NCBI GenBank assembly: GCA_964572985.1
Contig: CAZNIC010000007.1
Span: forward strand, 3,009 to 67,008
From: an uncultured Oscillospiraceae bacterium
GTDB lineage: Bacteria > Bacillota > Clostridia > UMGS1883
Length of the DNA stretch: 64,000 bases
Direction: 5' to 3'
Shown: positions 44,957 to 55,257 of the stretch, piece by piece
Position numbering within the stretch: the stretch's first letter is position 1
Layout of the letters: every line of letters begins with the position of its first letter
Position numbers and translations under genes: made by a program
The notes under the pieces: generated by a model
Seen by the model: the letters and a program-made list of their open reading frames with translations, nothing else
Database searches by the model: none
What the model was told of the DNA's origin: nothing

Positions 44957-46695
44957 ATTTCTTCTCCTGTATCTGTAGGCGGTTCATTCAAGCCGTGAGG
45001 GTCAAAGGTATACATATCTGCTTCACTGTAATCACCTTCACGGGCAAGAACATAATATTTCTGACTTTCAGTCAAAACATTATTCACCTTGATTTTTATG
45101 TCCATATTTGTGCATTTTTTGCCATATGCCTCAATCTTTTTGTAAAGCTGTGTCATGCGGTTAAGAGTTGTTTGCTCATGCTCCATCACGTCACATATTT
45201 TTTTGGCATACATGGGATAGAGATACTCCTTATCATGCTTGAGGATTATTTCATCCCACACCACAAGCGCTTCGTTGTAGCGTTTTTCGTTTGTGTACAC
45301 ATTTGCAATAAGCCTCTTATATTTATAGTTGGCTTTGTTGTACTTTGTGGCATTTGTAAGGCATTCCTCCTGTTTTACGAGATTATCTGCCCCATTTTCG
45401 GTATAGTCCTTATAAAGTGCAGTATATGCCTTTTCCCAGCCTTCGGAATTAAAAAACTCCATTTTTGCGGCAGTGGTATACCAGTCCGCCGCTTGTGCGT
45501 ACCTACCCCTGTCAACGGCATCTTGACCGAAAGCATAAAAACATCTTGCCAGGGTAAGTATCATAAAAAATCCTATGGGTAAAACGCTTGCCACACCGAC
45601 CAAAGGATGTATTTTCACATATTCACCTTTATCTTCAAATCCGTAATATATTGCAAAAATCGGCAATATAAATACAAGTGCCTCAGATGATGTAAACATA
45701 AGTACGCTTACTGCAACAAGTGCGAACATATTTCTCATTGAAGGGGCTTTGTTTACCCTCATTACGGCTGCAACAACAATGATTATTGCCAGCAATATAC
45801 CGAAAACTCCATACACCTCGCCAAAGGTATCTATTGTAAGCTGTACGCTTTTGTAGCCTCCGTCAACAACCGAAACAAAAGCCTCATAGCCGCCTTTGCC
45901 CATGCCTATCATTCCCGAAACAGCACGAAAAGTAGCATCAAAGCACACATTGCCGACAACAAATGTGTACACTATGTATATAACATTTACCACTGCAAGC
46001 ACAGCGGATGCAACCAGTGCAAAAAACGCCTCCACTCTTTTGCGCCGTACATTCAATGTGTATATGAAAACAAGTATTGCTCCGCACAAAAACGCACCAA
46101 AGCTTTTTGTCATAACAAAAACATACGCCATAAGAGCCATCGCCGCAAAAAAAGCAGGGGTTTTTCTTTTTTTATGAAAAAGTCTCAAAGCTGAAAATAT
46201 ACCTGCCAGCATTATAAACGCCGCCGCTGTAGGTGACATATTGCCCATGTCCATATTATATCCCCAAAACTTTGACTCAACAAAAATCTGAAAAAACACC
46301 GTTGCCACGGCATAACAAAGAGATGCAACATACACAAGGGTACAGCCATAGTGATGTATTTCATCTCCCATAAACTCTTTCACCTGTCTCACAACCATTG
46401 CGGCAACAGCACACGTGAGCATAAGAGTTGCAAAAGCCACCTGACTGCCCTTATCACTCACCCATATTAGCTGAAAATATGAATAAGCCGCCACTACTGC
46501 AAAAAACGCCGCTGTTTTTGTGAAAGCAAATACGCCTGTTTTGTACACGTTAAACCCCCATGCCGCCAACAGAACGCAAAAAGAGGTATATATGACAGTT
46601 TTTTCGTCAAGTGTCGATCCTAAAATCGGCACAAGGCAAACGAAAAGCGTCAATATAACACGCGAAAAGTTATATTCTCTGCTTTTTGCCATCAC
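44953..46695 (-). CDS. Polytopic membrane protein (O-antigen-ligase/Wzy-like core) with a C-terminal TPR-like soluble domain
   Basis: 580 aa with about 12 TM segments, followed by helical repeats (YAQAADWYTTAAKMEF..., YNEALVVWDEII...). Its TGA overlaps the dtd ATG (ATGA). Confidence 0.55.
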   Translation of the reverse strand: MMAKSREYNFSRVILTLFVCLVPILGSTLDEKTVIYTSFCVLLAAWGFNVYKTGVFAFTKTAAFFAVVAAYSYFQLIWVSDKGSQVAFATLMLTCAVAAMVVRQVKEFMGDEIHHYGCTLVYVASLCYAVATVFFQIFVESKFWGYNMDMGNMSPTAAAFIMLAGIFSALRLFHKKRKTPAFFAAMALMAYVFVMTKSFGAFLCGAILVFIYTLNVRRKRVEAFFALVASAVLAVVNVIYIVYTFVVGNVCFDATFRAVSGMIGMGKGGYEAFVSVVDGGYKSVQLTIDTFGEVYGVFGILLAIIIVVAAVMRVNKAPSMRNMFALVAVSVLMFTSSEALVFILPIFAIYYGFEDKGEYVKIHPLVGVASVLPIGFFMILTLARCFYAFGQDAVDRGRYAQAADWYTTAAKMEFFNSEGWEKAYTALYKDYTENGADNLVKQEECLTNATKYNKANYKYKRLIANVYTNEKRYNEALVVWDEIILKHDKEYLYPMYAKKICDVMEHEQTTLNRMTQLYKKIEAYGKKCTNMDIKIKVNNVLTESQKYYVLAREGDYSEADMYTFDPHGLNEPPTDTGEEI

Positions 46696-46712
46696 AATAC
46701 CTCCATAGTTTT

Positions 46713-48017
46713 TTATTCTTCTGTTTCTTCCTTGGGTAACAGTTTTACCGTTGCACGCACTACACGTCTGTCCTTAAAATCGGTTACGTTAATTTCGAGT
46801 CCGCATGTAACAACCTTGAGGGTTGCACCGTCGTCCGGAATATAGTCAATGGAATGAAGCACAAGTCCCGACAATGTGTCAAATTCTTCTTTGGGAAGCT
46901 CTGCTCCAGTCAATTCAGCAATCTCTTCCAAAAGCGTCAGACCATCCATATCCCACTCGTTTTCACCGATAGATATGAGATCTTCTCTTTCTTCTTCGAC
47001 TTCTTCGTCGTACTCCTCGTCCTCAATTTCGCCCACGATTTCGCCCAAAAGGTCATCCATCGTAACGATGCCTGCAAATCCGCCGTATTCGTCGGCGACT
47101 ATCGCAAAGTGAGTTTTTTCCAGCTGCATATTACGGAAAAGAACATCTGCGCTGATTGTTTCGGGCACAATATACGCCTGATGGATAATCTCCTTAATAT
47201 CCTCGCCTTTGTCATAGAAAAACTCATACAACTCGCGGGCATAAACAACGCCCTTTATATCGTCAATATCTTCACCGCACACGGGGAAACGCGAAAAACC
47301 GCTTTCGCGCACTTTTTCTTCCCATTCCTCGGCGGTTTCGTCCATCATAAGCACGGTTACGTCCTTACGGTGCGTCATAACGTCGTCGGCACAGTTTTCG
47401 CCGAATTCAAATATGTTTGTAATAAGCTCTTTCTCCTCCGGAGCAATAGTACCCTTTTCGCTGCCCAAATCAACCATCATCATGATTTCGTCTTCGGTTA
47501 CATTTGCGTTTTCACCGTCGGGGTCATTACCCGAAAGTGCAACAAAAATTTTCGAAAAACAGTTAAGCAAAAACGATACAGGTCTGAACACCGTCCAGAT
47601 AAAGCCGATAAAAAGTGATAATCCCATCGCGCTTTTATCGGGTTTTGATGTACATATTTTTTTAGGTATCATGTCGCCTGCTACAACCATAATAACCATA
47701 TGTGCCACAGCAATAATCACAAAGCTCAACAATTCATTTTCAAGATATTTATCAAGGTGTTTTGTGTAAGCACAAGCGCCCATTGCGCTAATCGCCACAG
47801 CAAAGGTCATCAGTGCCGTCTGAACAGAAGCAATAACTCTGCCTTCCTTGTTCATAAGCTTAAGCACTCTCTTTGCTTTCTTGTTGCCTTCTTTGGCAAG
47901 CTCTTTCATTTTATAGTCGTTCACGCTAAGTATTGCCGCCTCAGCACCTGTACAAAGGCTCATTATTACAAGCAGAACAACCTGCATAATGGCGACGGGT
48001 AACGGATCGTTGAACAC
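46713..48017 (-). CDS. CNNM/CorC-type hemolysin-family protein (DUF21 - CBS pair - CorC_HlyC)
   Basis: 4-TM DUF21 N-terminus, a CBS pair (VMTHRKDV..., HFAIVADEYGGFAGIVTMDDLL) and a C-terminal CorC domain. Confidence 0.88.
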   Translation of the reverse strand: MFNDPLPVAIMQVVLLVIMSLCTGAEAAILSVNDYKMKELAKEGNKKAKRVLKLMNKEGRVIASVQTALMTFAVAISAMGACAYTKHLDKYLENELLSFVIIAVAHMVIMVVAGDMIPKKICTSKPDKSAMGLSLFIGFIWTVFRPVSFLLNCFSKIFVALSGNDPDGENANVTEDEIMMMVDLGSEKGTIAPEEKELITNIFEFGENCADDVMTHRKDVTVLMMDETAEEWEEKVRESGFSRFPVCGEDIDDIKGVVYARELYEFFYDKGEDIKEIIHQAYIVPETISADVLFRNMQLEKTHFAIVADEYGGFAGIVTMDDLLGEIVGEIEDEEYDEEVEEEREDLISIGENEWDMDGLTLLEEIAELTGAELPKEEFDTLSGLVLHSIDYIPDDGATLKVVTCGLEINVTDFKDRRVVRATVKLLPKEETEE

Positions 48018-48088
48018 GACATCTCATCCTTTCGATTTATAATATCCTATTTATTTTATCACATAAAACCGCATTTTTCAAGGTTTTT

Positions 48089-48727
48089 TCACACAACATA
48101 AAAAAGTATGGAGAAGAAGAAGCATATGCTGCCTGCAAGTACAAAAAGATGCCATATTGAGTGCATGTATTTAATCTTTAACTTGTAAAAAATTATACCC
48201 AGGATATATACCGCACCTGCTATGCACATGAAAACCAAGCCACCTAAAGGCAAAAGCTCTGCAAGTGTCTTTATTTTAAAGAGAATCGCAAGTCCCATTA
48301 CAACATAAAGCACCAGACTAATGTTTTTAAACTTTTCCAGTGCAATCGCATTCATAACAATGCCCATGATTGAGCAAGTCCATATTGCAATAAGAATTCC
48401 CAATCCGCCGTGTCCCCAAAGTGTGCACAGACAGTAAGGTGTATATGTACCTGCAATCAGCAAAAATATGGAGCAGTGGTCAATAACACGGAACACTTTT
48501 TTAGCAGCGGGATTTGTGATGGAGTGGTAGAGAGTACTCATTGTATATAAAATAATCATTGTACCACCGTATATGCTGCCGCCCACAACACCCATTGCAT
48601 TACCGTTAATTGCCGCCATCACAATAACAAGCGCTGTTGCAGCTATCGCCAAAAGCGCACCGACACCGTGTGCAACGGAGCTGAAAATTTCTTCGCCAAG
48701 ACTGTATTTTTTTAGTTTTATAGCCAT
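48089..48727 (-). CDS. Hemolysin III / PAQR family membrane protein
   Basis: 7 TM segments with motifs SSVAHGVGA, STLYHS, DHCSIF and HSIWHLFVL. ATG 48727 has an AAGAGGTG RBS. Confidence 0.85.
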   Translation of the reverse strand: MAIKLKKYSLGEEIFSSVAHGVGALLAIAATALVIVMAAINGNAMGVVGGSIYGGTMIILYTMSTLYHSITNPAAKKVFRVIDHCSIFLLIAGTYTPYCLCTLWGHGGLGILIAIWTCSIMGIVMNAIALEKFKNISLVLYVVMGLAILFKIKTLAELLPLGGLVFMCIAGAVYILGIIFYKLKIKYMHSIWHLFVLAGSICFFFSILFYVV

Positions 48728-48818
48728 AATGAACACCTCTTTCACCAAAACATTTTATCACCTTTTTCTCTTTTAGTAAATACAAAATATTTTTTTTACA
48801 AACTGTTCACTTTATCGG

Positions 48819-48847
48819 TTGACACCCCTGTTTATCTATGGTATAAA
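48819..48847 (+). promoter_or_regulatory. Sigma-A promoter of the GH27 gene (TTGACA-17-TGgTATAAA)
   Basis: The -35 is at 48819-48824 and the extended -10 is at 48839-48847. Confidence 0.6.
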
Positions 48848-48881
48848 ACAAGTATAAACTAGATAAATAAGGAGGTTTATT

Positions 48882-50150
48882 ATGAAAAAAAGGAATCATC
48901 ATTCTCTCTGCCTTACCCCTCCCATGGGTTGGAACAGCTGGGATTGCTACGGTGCGGCAGTAACCGAAGATGTTGTGAGAAAAAATGCTGATTATATGGC
49001 AAAAAATCTTAAAAATTACGGTTGGGAATACGTTATCGTTGACATCCAGTGGTACGAGCCCAACGCTGTAAGCCATACATATAACGATTTTACCGCCCTT
49101 GAATATGACGAATATTCCCGTCTCATCCCGGCAGTCAATCGTTTCCCCTCATCTGCAAACAGTGCAGGCTTCAAGCCGCTTTCTGACTATGTTCACTCTC
49201 TCGGCTTAAAGTTCGGTATCCATATTCTCCGCGGTATTGCCCGCGAATGTGTGAAGAAAAACGCACCCATCCTGGGCACAAACAAGCGTGCTCTTGACAT
49301 TGCAAGAGTTGACTCCACATGTCCTTGGAACACTGACATGTACGGCGTTGATCCCTCAAAGGAAGGCGCGCAGGAATACTACAACTCTCTTTTCGATCTT
49401 TACGCAAGCTGGGGAGTTGACTTTGTAAAGGTTGACGATATCGCCCATCCCTACCATGCAGGCGAGGTTGAATTAATCCGCAACGCTATTGACAATTGCG
49501 GACGCGACATGGTGCTTTCTCTTTCTCCCGGGGCTGCAAGTTTAAGGAATGCAGAGCATCTTAATGACCACGCAAATATGTGGCGTATGACCGGCGACTT
49601 CTGGGACAATTGGGAATTACTCCGCGATATGTTTGACCGTTGCCGCAACTGGCAGAATTTGAGAACAGACGGTGCATGGCCCGATTGCGATATGCTCCCC
49701 TTGGGTAAACTCCGCGTATGCGACGGCAACGGCGGCGAAATGACACGTTTCACAATTGATGAACAGAAAACTCATATGGCGCTGTGGTCAATTTTCCGCT
49801 CTCCTCTTTTCTTCGGCGGAGACATGACCATGAACGACGAATGGACAGACAGCCTCATGATGAATGAGGACTTAATTGAGCTCAACAAATTCTCTACAGA
49901 TAACCATGAGCTTTACCGTGATGAAGCAGGCAGTGTTGTATGGTATGCAAAGAGCACAAAGGACGATAGCTCATATATTGCGCAGTTCAACATTTCTGAC
50001 CGCGACATCATAGTTGATACACCGCTTTCACTTATTGGCAAGAGCAGTGCCACACTTAAAGACCTCTTCACAAAGGAAGAGATAACTGTTACAGACAGAA
50101 TTTACTCTGTAATCCCCTTCCACGGCGTAAAAATATATAAAGTAAACTAA
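48882..50150 (+). CDS. Alpha-galactosidase (GH27)
   Basis: PPMGWNSWDCYG start, DFVKVDD catalytic region and a C-terminal beta-sandwich. Confidence 0.9.
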   Translation: MKKRNHHSLCLTPPMGWNSWDCYGAAVTEDVVRKNADYMAKNLKNYGWEYVIVDIQWYEPNAVSHTYNDFTALEYDEYSRLIPAVNRFPSSANSAGFKPLSDYVHSLGLKFGIHILRGIARECVKKNAPILGTNKRALDIARVDSTCPWNTDMYGVDPSKEGAQEYYNSLFDLYASWGVDFVKVDDIAHPYHAGEVELIRNAIDNCGRDMVLSLSPGAASLRNAEHLNDHANMWRMTGDFWDNWELLRDMFDRCRNWQNLRTDGAWPDCDMLPLGKLRVCDGNGGEMTRFTIDEQKTHMALWSIFRSPLFFGGDMTMNDEWTDSLMMNEDLIELNKFSTDNHELYRDEAGSVVWYAKSTKDDSSYIAQFNISDRDIIVDTPLSLIGKSSATLKDLFTKEEITVTDRIYSVIPFHGVKIYKVN

Positions 50151-50151
50151 C

Positions 50152-50184
50152 AAAAAGGGCTTGGCAATTGCCAAGTCCTTTTTG
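50152..50184. terminator. Bidirectional terminator
   Basis: AAAAAGGGCTTGGCAA-TTGCCAAGTCCTTTTT, between convergent genes. Confidence 0.75.
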
Positions 50185-50186
50185 TA

Positions 50187-50867
50187 TTAAATAATTCCAA
50201 ACAATATAAATCCCACAGTATTAATTGCAAAATTTGCAAACATATGAGCAAACCAGGAGGAGTAAATATTTTCGTTTGCCTCATTAAGGTAGTTGAAAAT
50301 ACAGCCTCCTATGATAAGTCCTGCAAGCAGCAATAAAAGAGCCGGCAAACTAAACATGCCTATAAGCATACCCACATGATACAGAGCAAAAACCGTTGAG
50401 CTGAATATGTATGCAAACATTCGTCCCGTATACTTTTTAAGTGTTATAAATCCAAACCCACGAAAGAAAAACTCTTCCAAAAACGAATTCATAAGCGAAA
50501 TATACAGCGATACGTACACAAAGTTATCCTTTGTTATGCCCATGCCTTTACCTAAAGAGGGCGCTACGAGAGAGTAATCAATAATATTTCTCGTAAGAAA
50601 ATACCCTCCCACAATAACCGCATAAATCCCAACACCCAACAATAGTGCTGTCAGAATACCTTTCTTCTTAAAGGTAAAAAGCACCTTTATTTTGCCCCAG
50701 TCTTCACGGCTTGCCCAAAAGAAAATCAGCGGGAAAGCCAGAAAAAACAGTATTTTAATGGGTATTTTTACAAAATAATCGGGATGTACCAATGCATCTA
50801 TAAGTGTAACGACTATCGAAAAAGCCAATACGGAAAGTACAATATATTTTCCTTTTTTATTTGTCAT
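50187..50867 (-). CDS. CPBP family intramembrane glutamic endopeptidase (CAAX/Abi type)
   Basis: EEFFFRGF and FALYH motifs. ATG 50867, with AGGAGGG 6 nt upstream, is preferred over the ORF-track start. Confidence 0.8.
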   Translation of the reverse strand: MTNKKGKYIVLSVLAFSIVVTLIDALVHPDYFVKIPIKILFFLAFPLIFFWASREDWGKIKVLFTFKKKGILTALLLGVGIYAVIVGGYFLTRNIIDYSLVAPSLGKGMGITKDNFVYVSLYISLMNSFLEEFFFRGFGFITLKKYTGRMFAYIFSSTVFALYHVGMLIGMFSLPALLLLLAGLIIGGCIFNYLNEANENIYSSWFAHMFANFAINTVGFILFGII

Positions 50868-50979
50868 ATCAAGCCCTCCTGTCTGAATAATTTTATCACC
50901 ACGCATTTCTTTTGTCAAATTTATGCTTCTCTGAGTATATTTTTTTTATTGTGTGCAAATGATAACAAGGGTGATTAAA

Positions 50980-51423
50980 ATGCAGCTTACAAGAAAACAG
51001 TACGCATTATTTGTACAAAAGAGGTCGGAAAACACATCAACCGTAAAAAACACCGTAAAGGCATACATTGTCGGCGGTCTGATATGCACCGCGGGACAGT
51101 TTTTGAAAAACTATTATCTTTCCCTCGGCTTGTCCGACAAACTGTCCTCCACCGCCGTAAGCATTACGCTTATTGCTGTTGCCGCAATACTTACAGCCTT
51201 GCATCTTTTTGACAACATTGCTCGTTTTGCGGGAGCCGGCACACTTGTGCCCATAACAGGCTTTGCCAACAGTGTTGTCTCTCCTGCAATTGAATACAAA
51301 ACCGAAGGTTATATAACAGGTCTTGCCGAAAAAATGTTTGTAATCGCAGGTCCCGTACTTGTATACGGTACCGGTGCGGCATTTGTCTCGGGAGTTATAT
51401 ATTATTTCTTCATGGGGGTATAA
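50980..51423 (+). CDS. spoVAC: Stage V sporulation protein AC
   Basis: KNTVKAYIVGGLICTAGQ parallels B. subtilis KNCVKAFLVGGLICMIGQ. ATG 50980 is chosen by that alignment. Confidence 0.88.
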   Translation: MQLTRKQYALFVQKRSENTSTVKNTVKAYIVGGLICTAGQFLKNYYLSLGLSDKLSSTAVSITLIAVAAILTALHLFDNIARFAGAGTLVPITGFANSVVSPAIEYKTEGYITGLAEKMFVIAGPVLVYGTGAAFVSGVIYYFFMGV

Positions 51424-51424
51424 C

Positions 51425-52444
51425 ATGACATCATTTATCAAAAAGGGTCAATCGTCATTTGAGTTCATTTTCTGCCCTTCGGTTTTATCTTTTGCCGCTG
51501 TAGTGGGCAAAAAAGAAGGCGAAGGTCCTTTAAAAGGCAAGTTTGACCGAGTTGAAAAGGACGAATATTTTGGGCAAAAAACATGGGAAGCTGCCGAAAG
51601 TGCACTTTTCAAGGAGGCTGTCACAACGGCACTTGAAAAAGGAAGGTTCCGTGCAGTGGATATTGACATGCTTGTTTCGGGAGATCTTCTCAATCAATGC
51701 ACTGCCACGGGCTACGCCGCACGTAATTTTGCAATCCCCTATCTGGGGCTTTATGGAGCATGTTCCACAATGGCAGAAAGTCTTTTTGTTGCATCCTGCC
51801 TTATATCAGGAGGTGCTGAAAGGATTGTTGCAGCGACCTCAAGCCACTTTTGCGGCAGCGAAAAGCAGTTTCGATTTCCCCTGGAATACGGTTCCCAGCG
51901 TCCTCCCTCCTCGCAGTGGACCGTTACAGGCTCCGGTGCCGTTGTACTTGGGCGAGAAGGTGACGGACCCTATATCACCCGTGCAACCGCCGGCAAGGTA
52001 ATCGACGCAGGCATACGCGATGCAAACAACATGGGTTGTGCCATGGTGCCCGCATTTTGCGACACTTTATCACGCCATTTTGAATCTTTCGGCACATCAC
52101 CCTCTGATTATGACATGATATTTTCGGGTGATTTAGGTCATTTGGGCAAAAAGGTTGCAATTGACTTATTGTCGGAGGATTACGGCATAGACCTGTCAAA
52201 AAATTACGATGACTGCGGATGTATTATATTTGACAACAAAAAACAGGATGTCCACTCGGGCGGCTCGGGCTGCGGATGCAGTGCATCCGTTCTTACCGCC
52301 CATATCCTTCCTCAAATGCAAAAAGGCAATCTCAAGCGCGTCCTTTTTATTGCAACAGGCGCGCTTATGAGCCCTACGCTTTCGCTTCAAGGTGAAAGCA
52401 TACCGTCAATTGCCCATGCAATTGAATTCAATAACTACGTGTAA
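51425..52444 (+). CDS. spoVAD: Stage V sporulation protein AD
   Basis: Thiolase-like fold, 339 aa. It starts 1 nt after the spoVAC stop. GLYGACSTMAES motif. Confidence 0.9.
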   Translation: MTSFIKKGQSSFEFIFCPSVLSFAAVVGKKEGEGPLKGKFDRVEKDEYFGQKTWEAAESALFKEAVTTALEKGRFRAVDIDMLVSGDLLNQCTATGYAARNFAIPYLGLYGACSTMAESLFVASCLISGGAERIVAATSSHFCGSEKQFRFPLEYGSQRPPSSQWTVTGSGAVVLGREGDGPYITRATAGKVIDAGIRDANNMGCAMVPAFCDTLSRHFESFGTSPSDYDMIFSGDLGHLGKKVAIDLLSEDYGIDLSKNYDDCGCIIFDNKKQDVHSGGSGCGCSASVLTAHILPQMQKGNLKRVLFIATGALMSPTLSLQGESIPSIAHAIEFNNYV

Positions 52445-52455
52445 ACACGCAGAAG

Positions 52456-52722
52456 TCAAATGCGGTCCTCGGCTTTCAGCATTTCATACTTTTTCTTTGT
52501 TGCCAAGCCGCCTCTTATGTGCCGTTCCTCTTTATTATGCTCCAAAACTTTTTTTACCTCGCTTGCAAGATGCGGGCTTATTTTTTCAAGTCTTGCGGTG
52601 ACATCTTTATGTACACTTGATTTCGAAAGTGAGAACTCTTTTGCTGTTTCACGTACCGTTGCTTCGTTTTCTATTATGTAATTTGCGAGCATTCTTGCCC
52701 GCTCGGCAATATAATCTTTCAT
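52456..52722 (-). CDS. spoIIID: Sporulation transcriptional regulator SpoIIID
   Basis: 88 aa: MKDYIAERARMLANYIIENEATVRETAKEFSLSKSSVHKDVTARL... ATG 52722 has a GGGAGG RBS. Confidence 0.9.
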   Translation of the reverse strand: MKDYIAERARMLANYIIENEATVRETAKEFSLSKSSVHKDVTARLEKISPHLASEVKKVLEHNKEERHIRGGLATKKKYEMLKAEDRI

Positions 52723-52778
52723 AACGGTTCTGCCTCCCTTGTTTCCATTTATATGAGAAAGCTTTGGGATTAGAACGC

Positions 52779-52810
52779 AAAAAATGAGATGCTTTTGCAT
52801 CTCATTTTTT
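52779..52810 (-). terminator. Rho-independent terminator after the clpE-type gene
   Basis: ATGAGATGC-TTTT-GCATCTCAT flanked by an A6 run and a T6 run. Confidence 0.8.
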
Positions 52811-52812
52811 GT

Positions 52813-55041
52813 TTACTTTAATATTATTTCACCGTTTTCAACCACGAACTCGGCAACGCTTTTTCTTTCGCCTCGGATAATATTCTCTGCAAGCTTATCT
52901 TCGATTTCACGGCTTACAAGTCTGCGCAAAGGTCTTGCACCCATAGCGGCATCATAACCCTTCTCGCAGAGCATCTCTTTCACTTCATCCGTAACGCTAA
53001 TCATTATGCCTCTTTCTTTTGCCATCTGACTGATTTCGTCAATCATCAAATCAACAATTTTGATAAGCTCTTCCTTTGTGAGAGGATTAAACACTATAAC
53101 CTCATCAACGCGGTTCAAAAATTCAGGTCTTAAAAACTTTTTAAGTGCATCCATTGCACGTGTTCTCGACGTGTCTTCTATCGTTTTGGAAAATCCCAAC
53201 GCCGAAGATGAATAACTGCTGCCTGCATTACTTGTCATGACAATAACAGTGTTTTCAAAGCTTACCACCTTGCCGTGACTGTCCGTTACTCTGCCGTCAT
53301 CAAGTATCTGGAGCATTATGTTCATAACATCGGGGTGCGCCTTTTCAATTTCATCAAAAAGGATAACACTGTAAGGCTTTCTTCTCACCTTTTCCGTGAG
53401 CTGACCTGCATCGTCATAGCCTACATATCCCGGAGGTGAGCCAATGAGCCTCGATACGGCGTGCTTTTCCATGTATTCGGTCATGTCAACACGGATAAGA
53501 GCCTCTTCGGATTCAAAAAGCTCACATGCAAGCGCCTTGACGGTTTCGGTTTTACCAACACCCGTAGGGCCAACAAAAATAAAGCTTGCAGGTCTCTTTT
53601 TCTTTGAAAGTGCCGCTCTCTTACGCCTTATTGTACGGCTTACGGCATTAACCGCATCGTCCTGACCGATAATCCTCTTGTGAAGGTTTTCCTCCAGATT
53701 AAGAAGCCTTGCGGTTTCTTCCTCAGTAATTTTTTTAACGGGAATTTTCGTCTGCAACTCAATAACTTCCGCAATATCTTCAACCGTCAGATACACATCC
53801 TCCATATCGCCTGCGATTTTGTCAATGGACTGCTGGATAGAACATTCCTGCATTTTCAAATCTGCAGCTTTCTGGTAATCCTCGATAGAATCCTCGTTTG
53901 CGGCATTGTCTTTTTCCTGTTTTATAAGCTCAAGCTGCTTTTTGAGTTCATATATGGTCGCAAGTGCCTTGTTTTTAAGGTTTGCACGGCTACCCGCTTC
54001 GTCAATAAGGTCAATAGCCTTATCGGGCAAAAAGCGGTCGGTAATGTATCTTTCAGACAAGACAGCCGCTTTTTCGATAACATCATCCGATATCTTTACC
54101 TGATGATAGTTTTCGTAATAAGAGCGGATGCCCTTTAAAATCTCTATGGTTTCACTAACAGAGGGTTCTTCAATAATAATAGGCTGAAATCTTCTCTCAA
54201 GCGCGCTGTCCTTTTCAATGTGCTTGCGGTACTCACTAAGCGTTGTTGCACCTATAACCTGTATATCACCACGGGCAAGAGCAGGCTTCAAAATATTTGC
54301 CGCACTCATTGCGCCCTCTGCATCGCCTGCGCCCACAATATTGTGAAGCTCGTCAATAACAAGGATAATGTTGCCAAGCTTTTTCACCTCGTCAACGATC
54401 GCCTTAAGCCTTGCCTCAAACTGACCTCGGTACTGAGTGCCTGCAACAATAGCCGTAAAGTCTAAAAGGTACACCTCTTTGTCCCTAAGCTTTACCGGCA
54501 CCTGCTTTGACACAATCCTCTCTGCCAAGCCTTCTGCAACTGCTGTTTTACCAACGCCGGGTTCACCTATGAGTGCAGGGTTGTTTTTGGTTCTTCGGTT
54601 AAGAATCTGAATCATACGGTCGATTTCAACTTCTCTGCCTATAACCTTGTCAAGCTTGCCCGAAAGTGCCTTACGAGTAAGATTTTCACCGTAGGAATCT
54701 ATAATACGTTTTTCTTCCTTATGCTTTTTCTCCTTTTTGGGAGCTTTTTGCTGAATGTCCTTACTATCAGGACCACCTTGCGAAAACATGTTGTTTATAA
54801 TGCTCATAACACTGCCGCCGATATCCTCGGGGAGTGCGTCTTCATTATTCATAACTTCCATCATCTGATTTTCGAGATTTGCCATTATTTCAGGGTCGAT
54901 ATCACCCATAAGTTTATCAATATTACCCACGCCCAGTTCCTTGGCACAAGGCATGCAAAGGCTTTCATTAACAGCCTTTCCGTTTTCCATTCTTGTAATA
55001 AACATAACGGCTACATTCTTTTTACATCTTGTACAAATCAT
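52813..55041 (-). CDS. clpE: Two-AAA+ Clp/Hsp100 ATPase with an N-terminal zinc ribbon (ClpE type)
   Basis: MICTRCKKN...CMPCAKE (CxxC...CxxC) replaces the Clp_N repeats. Two Walker A motifs are present ([16 protein letters not shown]), and there is a UVR-like linker. ATG 55041 has an AGAGAGG RBS. Confidence 0.82.
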   Translation of the reverse strand: MICTRCKKNVAVMFITRMENGKAVNESLCMPCAKELGVGNIDKLMGDIDPEIMANLENQMMEVMNNEDALPEDIGGSVMSIINNMFSQGGPDSKDIQQKAPKKEKKHKEEKRIIDSYGENLTRKALSGKLDKVIGREVEIDRMIQILNRRTKNNPALIGEPGVGKTAVAEGLAERIVSKQVPVKLRDKEVYLLDFTAIVAGTQYRGQFEARLKAIVDEVKKLGNIILVIDELHNIVGAGDAEGAMSAANILKPALARGDIQVIGATTLSEYRKHIEKDSALERRFQPIIIEEPSVSETIEILKGIRSYYENYHQVKISDDVIEKAAVLSERYITDRFLPDKAIDLIDEAGSRANLKNKALATIYELKKQLELIKQEKDNAANEDSIEDYQKAADLKMQECSIQQSIDKIAGDMEDVYLTVEDIAEVIELQTKIPVKKITEEETARLLNLEENLHKRIIGQDDAVNAVSRTIRRKRAALSKKKRPASFIFVGPTGVGKTETVKALACELFESEEALIRVDMTEYMEKHAVSRLIGSPPGYVGYDDAGQLTEKVRRKPYSVILFDEIEKAHPDVMNIMLQILDDGRVTDSHGKVVSFENTVIVMTSNAGSSYSSSALGFSKTIEDTSRTRAMDALKKFLRPEFLNRVDEVIVFNPLTKEELIKIVDLMIDEISQMAKERGIMISVTDEVKEMLCEKGYDAAMGARPLRRLVSREIEDKLAENIIRGERKSVAEFVVENGEIILK

Positions 55042-55107
55042 AACTATAGCCTCTCTTTCCGTAAAATGAGACAACCGCATATTTGCCCCATTATCACCTT
55101 AAAAATC

Positions 55108-55135
55108 AGTATATCACATATATTATATTTGTCAA
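55108..55135 (-). promoter_or_regulatory. Candidate sigma-A promoter of the clpE-type gene (TTGACA-16-TATACT)
   Basis: On the minus strand the -35 is at 55135-55130 and the -10 is at 55113-55108. Confidence 0.4.
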
Positions 55136-55257
55136 ATTAACAATTTATTAAATATCAAAAATTTCTGTCGGTTTTCGTATATTTTTGTTGAACTTTTTTT
55201 CACGGTATGATATGCTGATAGCTAGAGAAATAGTAATTTTTTATACGGAGGTTTACC

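Noticed and set aside
55121-55140. TGTCAAATTAACAATTT as a candidate CtsR box upstream of the clpE-type gene.
   Set aside because: Only one heptad resembles the consensus, and the second heptad does not match. The matching part is better explained as the -35 hexamer.
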